Part shown: in pieces, positions 43,674 through 54,610 of the stretch
Position numbering within the stretch: the stretch's first letter is position 1
How the letters are laid out: each line of letters begins with the position of its first letter
Assembly: GCA_001275005.1 (NCBI GenBank)
Contig: JWZX01003401.1
Coordinates: forward strand, 1 to 64,000
DNA from: Chrysochromulina tobinii
Lineage: Eukaryota
DNA length: 64,000 nt
Direction: 5' to 3'
The notes under the pieces: generated by a model
What the model saw: only the letters and a program-made list of their open reading frames with translations
Told to the model about the DNA's origin: nothing
The model's database searches: none
Translations under genes and position numbers: made by a program

Positions 43674-46600
43674 ATGGCGTCGGCAGCCTCCGGCCCGCAC
43701 GACCAGATCTCGGAGCTCTCGCTGTACGATGCGGGGATTGTGAGCCTTGCAGAGCTTTCGGACTTGCCGCGCATGACGGCGCTTCGCTCGCTCAACCTGC
43801 ACTGCAATCGGATCGAGGCCATCTCCAACCTCGAGTCACTCGGCGGCCTGACGTACCTCAACCTATCATCCAACCACATCGAGGCAATGACCAACCTTCA
43901 CGGGCTTGTGCGTCTGCAGACGCTCGACCTCTCATGCAACCGAGTGCGCATCGTCGACGGCCTGGCGACGCTGCGTTCGCTCCGCCGGTTGCTGCTCGCA
44001 TACAACCGGATCACCTCACTCGCGGGCCTCGTGCAGTGCCACGGCGGCCAGCTCGCGCACTTCGAAGCGTACGGGAATCGTATCGCGCTCATACGCGAGG
44101 CCGAATACCTGCGCGGGCTTCCGATGCTCGCCGAAGTAGTACTGCGCCGGCACGGGCAAGACAATCCCGTCTGCCGCGAGCCGGGCTACCGCGAAAAGGT
44201 GCTCACGCTGCTGCCCGGCCTGCAGACGCTCGACGACGAGTCGACCACCGGCACCGCGCCCGTGCCCGACCGGCCCGGCGCCGCATACGCATGCGCGCTC
44301 GAGGCGCTCAGTCAACCAATGCCCTCTGCTTCCGCGGCGGGTGCGGGCGGCGCAGGCACCGCCACAGCGCACTCTGGAAGAGCGACTTCTGGCAGTCAAG
44401 GGCCCGGCAGCGCGGCAACGATGGCCCCGCCGCCGGTGGGCAGCGCCGCCGCCGTGTGCCTCGCTGCAGCTGCCGCAAGTGCGGCGCCAGGCGGCAGCGG
44501 CGGTGGTGCTGGTGGAGCTCTGCCGCTGCCCGCGGCCGCCGCCGCTGCCACCACCGCAGTGCCTCCAACAGTGTCGCCATCTGATGCGCTACATATAGTC
44601 GCTGAGGCGCTTCGACCCATCGCCACGCCGCACATCGACGCGACACTCCAGGCGGTCCAGTCGCGACGCCAGGCGGCCGCACGGGTGGCGGCGGCTGCAG
44701 CCACCGCGCATGCACCCTTAGTCGGGGCTCGACACGCCGGTGCCGTCCCCACCCCGCTGACCGCGGCGCCGCCCCCGCCGGCAGAGCGACGCCAGGACGC
44801 GGTGGCGTGGGAGTACGATGCGTCCGCGAGCGCCGCCCCTCCCCGCGGCACACTGTACGACAACACCAAGCGCGGCCCGCTGCCGGGGCTCGCGCCGCCA
44901 GCACCGACCGCCGCCACCGCCGCTGCTGCAGCACCGCCGCGGCAACCGGAGCAGCAGCAGCAGCAGCAGCAGCCGGCACAGCCGCCGCCGCTCCCGCAGC
45001 TGCCTCAGCAGCAGTGGCAAGCGCCCAACCCAGCCAACCCAGCCTATGCAGCCACGGCGCAGCATGTGCAATGGCAGGCAGTGCCGCGTGACCCGAGCGT
45101 CGTACCGAGCGTCCGGGGCGTGGGGCACGATGACGATCTCAATCCCGGCGTGGGCGCCTTCGGTCGAGTCTCCCCCGCCGCAGCCCATGAGCTGATGAGC
45201 TCACTGGAGCACGAGCTGCGGCTCGAGAGGATCGAATCCACGCTCGGCATTCACGCCCTCACGAGCGCGACCACCGCCGCTCTCCAAAGGGCCCATAGCA
45301 GTGTGAACGGGGAGTGTGAACGCGCCGGCTCACGCGCCAGCTCACGCGCCAGCCGAGCTGGCGAGGACAGAGCAGGCGAAGGCGAAGGCGAAGGCGATGG
45401 ACGCGGAGGTGCCGGTAAGGGTGACGGAGGTAGCCGCAACGGTGGCTTCGGTGGTGGTGGCTTCGGTGGTGGCAGCAGAAAGCCGGGTGTTCGCTCCATA
45501 GGCGAGGCGCGGCGGCGTGGCGCTGGTCCGTCGCGTGCACACGAGAGTGCTGGATCACACCGTAGGCTCGCGACGGTCGCACCTCGGGGGATGGGTCCGT
45601 CGAAACGTTGGCGGAAGGCTCTCGCGAGGCAGCCCGAGGAGGCGGAGGAGGCGGAGGAGGCGGGCGGGCGGTATACCGAGGGGGGCGGGCGGAATACCGA
45701 GGGACCTCGGTGTACCGAGGTGGAGGATCGCGACGAGGACGAGGACGAAGAGGGCTACTACGACGAGGGCGTCGAGGAGGAGGACGAGGAGGGCTTCGGC
45801 GTCAGCTTCGACGATGAGGCCGTCGACGACTATGAGAAGGGCGACGACTATGAGGAGGGCGAGGAGGAGGGCGAGGAGGAGTACTATGAGGAGGAAGAGA
45901 GCGAGGCGGAGACCGGGGATCCAGGATACGGCCTGCGGCATCCAGACGCGTATGACGACGAGGAGCAAGAGGAGGCGGAGGCGGAGGCGGAGGCAGAGGC
46001 GAACGAACGTGCAGATGATGACCTCGAACGAAGACGTGCGGCCAACGAGGCACTCGATCGACGCATCGGGCTGCGCGCTCACACAGACCGCGCGCGCGCT
46101 GCATGCGGCGGCGCGCACCGGCGCGGGACTTCCACGTCTGCACTCGGTGGGGCGCGCCGCCTTCAGGGCGAGGCCTCCGCGACGGCTGCGATGTCAGCGT
46201 CGGCATTAGGACGACGCCGAACAGCGGATGCTCACCACGGCGCGCTTACCATGGCGCGCCGAACAGCGGATGCGACCCGGCGTGTAACGGCCACCGCTGC
46301 CCTCGAAGCACCCAGAGGAGTAGGCGGAGGAGGCGGCGGAGGCGGCGGAGGAGGAGGCGGAGGAGGAGGAGGAGGAGGAGGAGGAGGAGGCGCAGGCGGC
46401 GGCGGAGGCGGCGGCGGCGGCGGCGGCGGCGGCGGCAGTGGCGGCGGCAGTGGCGGCGGCAGTGGCGGCGGTGCACATCGGAAGGTTCCCCCTGACGAAC
46501 CTCCCGAGGACAGGTCGCCTGGCCGTTACGATGGCGGCAGCTATGATGAGGCAGAACTCGACGACGACGACGACGACGATGATGACGACGACGACGACGA

Positions 46601-49246
46601 CGACGGTGGTGGTGGTGGTGACGCCCGCGGTGGCGACGTGGCTGCTGATCGCGGCTTCGTAGGCGGCGTGCAGCCGATCAAGCGGCCACGATCTTCTCTA
46701 CGGCCGCGTGTGGCCTCCAAGGCTTCAAAGAGCCTCGATGACGAGGTGAGAGAAGCCAGGGCCGCGGCCCTGATGACCTCTGATTGCATCTGATTGCATC
46801 TGATTGCGTCCCCCATCAGGTGAGAGAAGCCAGGGCCGCGGCCAGAGCCAGACTCCTCGCCGCGGGGGCGCCGCCGCCGCCAGCAACGGCGCACGGCGTG
46901 TTGGGCGCCCAACGCGGCGCGCAGCCTCTGACCGCGGCGACGCTCGCGACGCACACGAACGAGACGATCCGACAAGAGGTTGCGCGATTGCGTGCCGCGC
47001 TCGCGGTGACGGAGGCTGACGTGAAACGGCTCGCATCGCGCGCCGTATCGAGCGAGGCGGCGCGTGCCGAGGCTGAGGCGGCGCGCGAGCGAGCGGCGGC
47101 AGCCCTCGATCTGGAGAGATCCCAACGGCAAGAGGCCACGACGGCGCTCGAGGCGGCGCGCGCCGAGCAACAGAAGGCGATGGCGCAGCAGCAGGCGGCG
47201 ATGGCGCAGGCGGCACGTGCGGAGGCGGCGCGTGCGGAGGCGGCGGCGCGGGCAGAGCGGGCGGAGATGGACGCAGCCACGTGTCGACGGGAACTTGACC
47301 GGGCCGCTCATGCCGCCACGCTGGCCTCGAGGCGCGAGGCGCATGCCCGAGATGCTCTCGCGCAGCTCGGCGACCTCTCGTCGCGCAGGCTGCATGAGGC
47401 GGGTGCCGCCTCCGCCGAAGAGGCCGCGAGGCACGCGGCCATCGCGGCCGAGCTCGCCGCGGCCCAGACGGAGCTTGCGGCCGCGCGACCCGCGCTCATG
47501 AGCTTCGAGGCCTCGGCGCAGCGCGCGATGCAGACCGAAGCGCGGCTCTCTGCGGAGCTCAGAGATCTCCGAGCCCAGCTCGAGGCGGCCCAGAAGGATG
47601 CGGCGCAGCATGCGGCGGCGCACACGGCGGCGGCGCACGCCGAGGCGCAGCGTGAGGCACAGCTCCAATCGCGACGAAGCCTCGAAGAGACCTTACGGGC
47701 GAGGGAGGCGAAGCTTGAGGCGAAGCTCGAGGCGGCCGAGACGCGCGCAGAGGTGGCCGAGCCGCGCCCCCATTGAGTGCCTCTTGAGTGCCTCTAATTG
47801 CCTCCCTCATCATGTGGCCGAGCCGCGCCCCCATTGATTGCCTCTTGAGTGCCACTGAGTGCCACTGAGTGCCTCCCTCTTCAGGTCGCCGAGGCGCGCG
47901 CCGAGGCCGAGGCAGCCCGTGCGGAGGCGCTCGGCAGCGTCGCTGGTTACCGCGCACCGTTGCCGCCCGCGCCTGCGGCGCCGGCGAGCGACGCGGGCGG
48001 CGCACCCGCGCAACCCCTGACCCTCGCCGCGCTGCGGGCGCAGCTCGTGAGCGCCGTCCAGAAAGAGGTGGCGGCGCGCGGGGCGGCGCAGGAGATGGCC
48101 GAGCTGCTCCGCGAGCAGCAAACGAAGCTCTCGAGCCTTGCCGAAGGGCGCCGGCAGGCGCAGGCGGAGGCGGCGGCGGCGCGCGAGCAGGCGGGGGCGG
48201 ACTTGCGGGCAGCCCTCGAGCGTCAACGGCAGGTAGAGGCGCAGCATGCCTCCGATCTCAGCGCATCTCGGGCCATGGCGACGCGTGAGCAGCTCAAGGC
48301 CGCCCAGGCCGCCGAGGAGTTGGAGCAGGCGCTCGAGGCGGCGGCGCGCGACAAGGAGGCGCTTGCGACGGCGCATCGCGAGGAGCTGCGCGTCAAGGAG
48401 CTGATCCTCGCTGACCTCTCGTCGCAGCTCGTGCAAGCTCGTCAGGCGCTCAGCACTGCGCAGGAGGGCGCGAAAGGCGCGAGTGCGGCGCGTGACGTGG
48501 CAGAGCGCGAGACGGCGGCATGCCGAGAGGCGCGCGAGGCGCTGCGCGCGAGCGAGGCCAAACGCGAGCGGCTCGAGACGGCGCTTGAGGAGCTCGAGGC
48601 GGCGCGCGCCGAAGCGACGGCCGACGCGGAACATGCGTGGCAGCAGGTAACCCACAAGGATTGCATGCTGAGAGTGCCACTGATTGCCTCTGATGACGGA
48701 ACATGCGTGGCAGCAGGTAACCCACAAGGATTGCATGCTGAGAGTGCCACTGATTGCCTCTGATGACCGCTCACGAGTGCGAATGACTTCCCCCTTCAGG
48801 TGTCCCACAAGGAAGGCATGCTCGCCTTCGTCGAGCGCGAGGTGCATCAAGTCAAGGTGCTCTTCGCCGACAAGGAGCAGCAGCTGCAGGCGGAGCTGCG
48901 CGAGCGCTCGGGCATGCTCGAGGCCGAGGCGCGCCAGGCACGCGCCGCAACGGCCGAGGCTGAGAAGGCGACGGAGCGCGAGCGGCAGCGTGCCGACGAG
49001 GCCGAGCGCCAAAAGGCAGCCTCGGAGGCGAAGGCGCTGCTCGTGGCGGCCGAGAAGGAAGCCGCCGCCGAGCAGCTGAGCGCCAGGGTGGCTGAGCTGG
49101 CCAGCCTGCGCGCCGACAAGGAACGACTTGAGGGTGAGATGCGCCTTGTACTACGCGCGATGGATCAGCAGAAGACAGTGGCGCAGCGCAACATGGCGCA
49201 GCTGTCGCGCATCTACTCCGACTGGCACGAAGCAGTCAATGCTTAA
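43674..49246 (+). CDS. LRRCC1: LRR and coiled-coil centrosomal protein (LRRCC1/VFL1-like); introns 46746-46819, 47753-47884, 48647-48799
   Basis: N-terminal LRRs LNLHCNRI, LNLSSNHI and LDLSCNRV with the cap DNPVCREPGYR..LPGLQTLD, as in LRRCC1. Long C-terminal coiled coil. All three GT-AG introns are phase 0 and join consecutive ORFs. Confidence 0.85.
46315..46470 (+). repeat. GGC/GGA trinucleotide tract encoding poly-Gly
   Basis: Long Gly-codon run inside LRRCC1 exon 1. Confidence 0.9.
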
Positions 49247-49385
49247 AATGGGCCAGGAGAGGAGCGATCTACTTAAAGTGACACGCGTCTGTAGACTCTG
49301 TAAGACGTGCTGGCACCTCAGTGCTTTCCAGAAGATTATGTTGTGGCTCTGTGCGGGGTTTTGGACAATGTTGACAACGACCGAA

Positions 49386-49423
49386 GGAAGCCTATCGAAT
49401 GTGCTCTCGAACTTGAACTTGAC
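49386..49423. repeat. Fragment of the dispersed element core upstream of the kinase gene
   Basis: ggaagcctatcgaatgtgctc (21 nt, identical to copies A-C) followed by aacttgaacttgac. Confidence 0.75.
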
Positions 49424-49497
49424 TGTCGAACTTTCGGCACCCCGTTCGGACGTTCCGCAAGTTTCGACGAAACCAAAAATAAAGATTGGAGCCCATC

Positions 49498-50691
49498 ATG
49501 GGTTGCGGAGGTTCGAGGCCACTGTCGGCCGCGGAGCACCGCGCCGCGGCACTTAAGGCAGCCATGAAGAAGGCGGAGAAGGACCAGAACGCTCGCCTCG
49601 ATCGCCGTGAGAGCTTGGCCGTAGTCGTTGACATTGAGGACGAAGCTGAGAAACATGCCGGTACCGTCCGGCTGGACGGCGTCATATTTACCGATCACTA
49701 CCGGGTCATCGACAAGCTCGGTGAGGGCGCATTTGGGGTCGTCTCAAAGGTACAAAAAGTCACGGATGGCAAGGAATACGCGGCCAAGGAAGTGCTCCGT
49801 TCGCGGTGCCAGCACGCCCAGCAGTGGAAAGCGTCTGTGGACGAGATGACTCTGTGGTCGATTATCAGCTCGCCATACCATCCATCCATACTGCAGCTCA
49901 TCGAGGTCGTCTACTTGGAAGATGTGAGCTTTCATTTGGTGACGGAGGTCATGAAGGATGACCTGGCCGGCGCCTTCGGTCATTTCGAGATGTCCGAGCA
50001 GAACGCGCGAATGATCACCGTGCAGCTCGCCGCTGCCATCGCGCACTTGCACAAGAATCACTCGATGGCGCATCGCGACATCAAGCCCGAAAACGTCCTG
50101 TGCCGCCGACGCCACAACCCGATGCTGGTCGGAAGCCTCAAGCTCGCCGATTTCGGCTTCTGTGCGAAATTCAGTGGAGGGCCCAAAGAGCCTTGCTTCT
50201 CCCTTTATGCTGGCTCGGTCGACTACTTCGCGCCCGAGCTCGCGCAGATCGTGCGCGCGGTCAGAAAGAGGCAGTCACAGCAGGGCATGAAGTACGGCGC
50301 GGGGGTGGATTGCTACGCACTCGGCTGCGTGGTGTTCGAGATGTTTAATGGCTCGACACCGCATTACTTTCCCGATGAGAACAAGCAGATCGAGAAAATC
50401 ATCAAGGGTGGCCTGGCCTACCCGAAGGATTCGTTTGGTATGGTGAGCTCGACCGGAATGGACTTTATGAAGCGACTGCTCGAGCCAGATCAGCGGAAGC
50501 GGATGACTATCGAAGAGGCCATGCGCCACAAGTGGCTGCAGTCAGTGCACGATAGCGCGCTGAGCGTGCAGATGGATGAGCCGGCTGATGGGGCGGCTAG
50601 GAAGAGCAAATCTCCAGACGAGCTACTTCGCGCCAAGCGACGCTCCGAGAGGGCGCAGAGTAAGAAAGAGGGGCCTACTTTCGTCGTTTGA
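49498..50691 (+). CDS. Ser/Thr protein kinase (CAMK-like), predicted N-myristoylated
   Basis: MGCGGS start; GEGAFG, YAAKE, HRDIKPEN, DFG, YFAPE and DCYALG motifs. Confidence 0.92.
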   Translation: MGCGGSRPLSAAEHRAAALKAAMKKAEKDQNARLDRRESLAVVVDIEDEAEKHAGTVRLDGVIFTDHYRVIDKLGEGAFGVVSKVQKVTDGKEYAAKEVLRSRCQHAQQWKASVDEMTLWSIISSPYHPSILQLIEVVYLEDVSFHLVTEVMKDDLAGAFGHFEMSEQNARMITVQLAAAIAHLHKNHSMAHRDIKPENVLCRRRHNPMLVGSLKLADFGFCAKFSGGPKEPCFSLYAGSVDYFAPELAQIVRAVRKRQSQQGMKYGAGVDCYALGCVVFEMFNGSTPHYFPDENKQIEKIIKGGLAYPKDSFGMVSSTGMDFMKRLLEPDQRKRMTIEEAMRHKWLQSVHDSALSVQMDEPADGAARKSKSPDELLRAKRRSERAQSKKEGPTFVV

Positions 50692-50888
50692 TTGAAAGGC
50701 CAAGGCCATGTGGGTGTGCTGTGGGGCGTTGGGTGTGCTGTGAATAGAACCAACTCGTCCGCGCACCCATGCGGCCCGCAGTGCGTAAGATGACTTTAAC
50801 GGTAATGTCCACCCTGATGTCCGAGAAAAGTCCCCCCGGAGGGTTTTGTGAAAAGTGGTTTCGGGTTGCAGCCCTGTCGCCTCCGAAA

Positions 50889-52953
50889 ATGACGGAAGCG
50901 GACTCCGGACGAGCGTCGGAACCGTCCGACGCCTGCGCTCCGATTCCCGCGCCGGGCGCGCCGGCGTCCACCAAATGGACGCCTCCAGCGATTCAGGCGC
51001 GAAAGCGAAAGCTTACAAGGATCTTCTGGCTGCTCGCAACCGTCCAGATTATCATCAACCTGGATGGCGGCGCGGTGCCCGCCGGCCTGCTGCACATCGG
51101 CGCGACCTTCGACATGGGAACGTCCGAGCTCGGGCTCCTTGCGATGCTTGTCTACCAGGGCGTTGCGCTCGGCTGCCTCACGGTTGGCCCGGCGACGCGC
51201 TACATGTCGCCGCTGCGCTTTACGCAGTTGACGATGGCTCTGAACATTGCATGCACTTGCTTATTCGGAGCGGCTCAGTCGATGGGAATGCTCCTCGCCT
51301 TCCGCTTGCTGATCGGCTTCCTGCAGGCGATGCCCGCCGTGTACTTCCCCGTGTGGGTCGACGAGTTCGCACCCGCGGATGCTGTGACGTTCTGGATGGC
51401 TCTCATAAACGCGGGAGGACCGCTCGGCATCACCATCGGCTACGTCTTCTCGGGCGCGATGACGAGCGGCGAGCTGGACCCGACCTCGGAGGCCTTCGTC
51501 CCGTGCGCCACCTCCGACGTCAGCTGTGCGTGGCGGGTCCCTTTCTACCTGCAGTCCGGGGCGCTCGTGATGCTCTTCTTCGGCATGCTGCTCATCCCGA
51601 AGAGCCTCTTCGACCTGGGACAGGACAAGCCGCCTGCCGAGACCAAGGAGCCGGCAAACGCGCCAGTGGCTGCGCCAGGTCAGTCGCCGCGGCGCGAGTC
51701 GGCCGGCATGCCATCGCCGTCGCCCGACCGATCGCCAGGCAATTCGCCCAAGACAACGCCAGACCTCGCGCCCAAGACAACGCCCATGACAAGCGTTGAT
51801 CAGTCCGAGGCGCCCACCTCGTTGTCTGTCGCGGAGGTGGACGAAGAGAGGGGGGACGCGCCCGCCGGGACCACGCCCAAGACAACGCCCAAGAAGCGCA
51901 ACCTCATCTGTGAGCTGTTCGGCAACGGCCCGTACATTTTCACCGTCATGGGACTCTCATCGCTCTTCTTCGTCGTCACAGGGGTGCAGGTGTGAATTAC
52001 CTCGTACATCGTGGTGTTACGCGCTGCATGCGAGTGCTCACCACGACGCCCTCCTCTCCCCACAGGTGTGGGTGACCTCGTACATCGTGGTCGTCATCGG
52101 GAAGAGCCAGGCGGAGGTCACACCCGCGTTTGGCGTCACCTCCATCACCGCCCCCATCATCGGTGTGATCGCCGGCGGCATCTTCATTGACAAGATTGGC
52201 GGCTACAAGGGCGAGGCGGCGATGGCCCTCACGCTCAAGATTTGCTTCGCCTTCGCGTGCTTGGCGGCAACTTTTGCGATCACCTGCGCGTACGTACCCA
52301 AAGCCGTCGCCGACCAGGGCGTTAGTTGCATCACAAATACCAGCTCGCCCTTCTACGTGGCGCCCGACGACGCCCGCGCCACAGCCGGCTTCTGGTGGTG
52401 CATCGGGCTGATCTTTATCACGCTCGTCTTCGGCGGTGCCATCATCCCTGCGGCCATGGGCTGCCTTGTGTCGGCGGTCCCGCCCGACATGCGCAGCGTC
52501 GGATCGGCCTTGTCGATGTTCTGCTTCCAACAGTTTGGGTACGCTTTCTCGCCCCTCGCGTCTGCGCTCATCGGCGACTTGGCCACGTTTAGCCGTGAGG
52601 ACATCATCGACTGCCTCGCCCAAACTTGCGCGGGGGGCGTCCAGACAGCTGACTGCCCCTCCAGCGCCGTCATCGATTTCGAGATGAAGAACGCGCAGAC
52701 GAGGGCATCGCTCGAGCTGTGCTTCCAAGTAGTAATGCTGTGCGGCTTGCTAGGCGTCGCGTGCTTCTTCGCCTCGTGGCGCTTTGCCGTCGCTCATGCC
52801 AATCGTACCAGCGGAGAGGTACAGACCGCCAAGCCCAAGGTGGCCAACGTCAAGGTGGTGGAGGTGCGCACGGCAGAGGGCGAGATCGATATCTCTGAGA
52901 TATCGCCGAGGATCGATCCTAACGGACTCACTGTCATCGGCGACAAGATCTAG
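50889..52953 (+). CDS. MFS transporter (Spinster-like); intron 51990-52065
   Basis: INLDGGAVPA, FRLLIGF, YFPVWVDEFAP, WRVPF and FFVVTGVQ|VWVTSY, with about 12 TM segments. Start could be upstream (50769). Confidence 0.85.
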
Positions 52954-53061
52954 AGTGATGGAGAATGGTGCATGAAAGGTTTTTAATAGAAACTGAATTA
53001 ACACCTTTTACTATGAGGATTGGAGAATTCTGTACATGTGTCTATGACGGACGGAGGCCGA

Positions 53062-54438
53062 ATGATGATGGACTTGACCACAGCCATTGACACGATCAGC
53101 AAAAAGCGCAGGCTCGATCCGAGTGTGCAGAAGATTGACGAGCTCCTTGAGTTGCTCGAGGGCTGGGAAACACGTGTCCGCGGCGGCTCTGACGAGGCCG
53201 TCACCAAAGAGTTTGCTGCACTGCGCGAGCAGGTCCAGAGGCAGGAGACCAAGCAAGTGATCGCGGCGCACCACAAGGATGTGGTGTCAGCCGCGACGAA
53301 GCTGGGTAAGGTTGCAGATAAGGTCTACCCAAACTTGGAGCATGCAGTGCCACACTGCAGCTTCGCGCCAGAGCTCGTCTACCGAGCCATCTACGAGCAT
53401 CTTCTCGTCTCGGGCCGATTCGAGGCGGCGCGCGTCTTCAGCGCCGAGGCGGAGCTAGTTGACCAACACGCGCTCACTGAAGAAATGCAGCTTATGTACG
53501 CGGCGTGCCGCGAGCTCGAGGCGGGAGGGACGGAACTCGTGAGTGCCTGGCTCCAAGAGCACGGCCACGAGCTGCGCGACCATGGCGCCATGCTCGAACT
53601 TGAGGTACTCCAGCTGCGCTTCACGCAGCGCGTGCTGAGCGGCGACACAGCCGGGGCGCTGCAGACGCTCCGCGACTTCTCCACGCGCCAGCTGTTGCGG
53701 GCAGGTGCCTCGGACGACGGCTCGGGCCCTCGACCCGGAGTATGGAGCGCGCCTCGGATGGCTGGAACTAAGGGGGTAGCTCAGACCTACCCCCTTACCG
53801 GAACGTCCTTCGACGGTGCGCGCTGGCCGGTGCAGTCCTCTCAGCTGACGGCCGAAGCCCGGATGCGCAAGCTCGCGGGTGCGCTCGCGTACGCCCATCA
53901 GCCCGCGAGCTCGCCGTATGCTGAGATGCTCAATGAGCCAGCCCAGCGAGCTCAACTCCGAGATCTCTTCACGAAGGAGTACCTGCTGCGGCTGCGTCGG
54001 CCAGCGAGCTCATCACTCGAGACGCTAGTGGACGCGGGCACGCTCGCTCTGCCCAAGCTCGCAAAGCTTGCCAGCGTGCTCAAGGACAAGTACGCGCGCA
54101 TCTGCCTCGAGGGCGACACGCTGCCCCTCGAGATCGACCTTGGGCCACGCTTTGTACGCCACTCGGTCTTCACGTGCCCTATCTCCAAGGTGCGTTGATT
54201 GCCACTGATGATCTGCCTTGCATGCAATTGCTCACTACGGCGCTTCAAACCTTTGACGTGCCCTATCTCCAAGGAGGCTGGCACGCCCGACAATCCGCCG
54301 ATGCTGCTCCTGTGCGGCCACGTGCTCGGGCTCGCCTCGATCACCAAGCTCGCGCGCGGCTCGCGCTCGGCCCGGTTCAAATGCCCCTACTGCCCTGTCG
54401 AGAGCTCGATGGACGATGCCAAGGCGCTCGATCTGTGA
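53062..54438 (+). CDS. RMND5: CTLH/GID complex RING subunit RMND5/Gid2; intron 54190-54273
   Basis: LisH/CTLH-like region (AIYEHLLVSGRFEAA). LPLEIDLG..HSVFTCPISK|E..NPPMLLLCGHVL..KL..FKCPYCP is the Gid2-type RING. Confidence 0.9.
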
Positions 54439-54610
54439 CGACTCAAGCGTGTACACCCCGGGTATTGCTAAAAGAATTGTAACGCCTCTTCGTGGTTCGT
54501 AGTAAATATCAGAAGCCATCCAGCTACTTTTGGGGTGATGAAGCGTACATTGATGGATAGTACCGAGATGATAGTACCTAGAGCTAAAGATCTAATTCTA
54601 CTGAGTAAAC

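Noticed and set aside
47810..49012. Long antisense and alternative-frame ORFs (also 11609-12730, 19107-20156, 26119-27174, 60126-61067)
   Set aside because: Shadow ORFs of GC-rich genes with no recognisable motifs.
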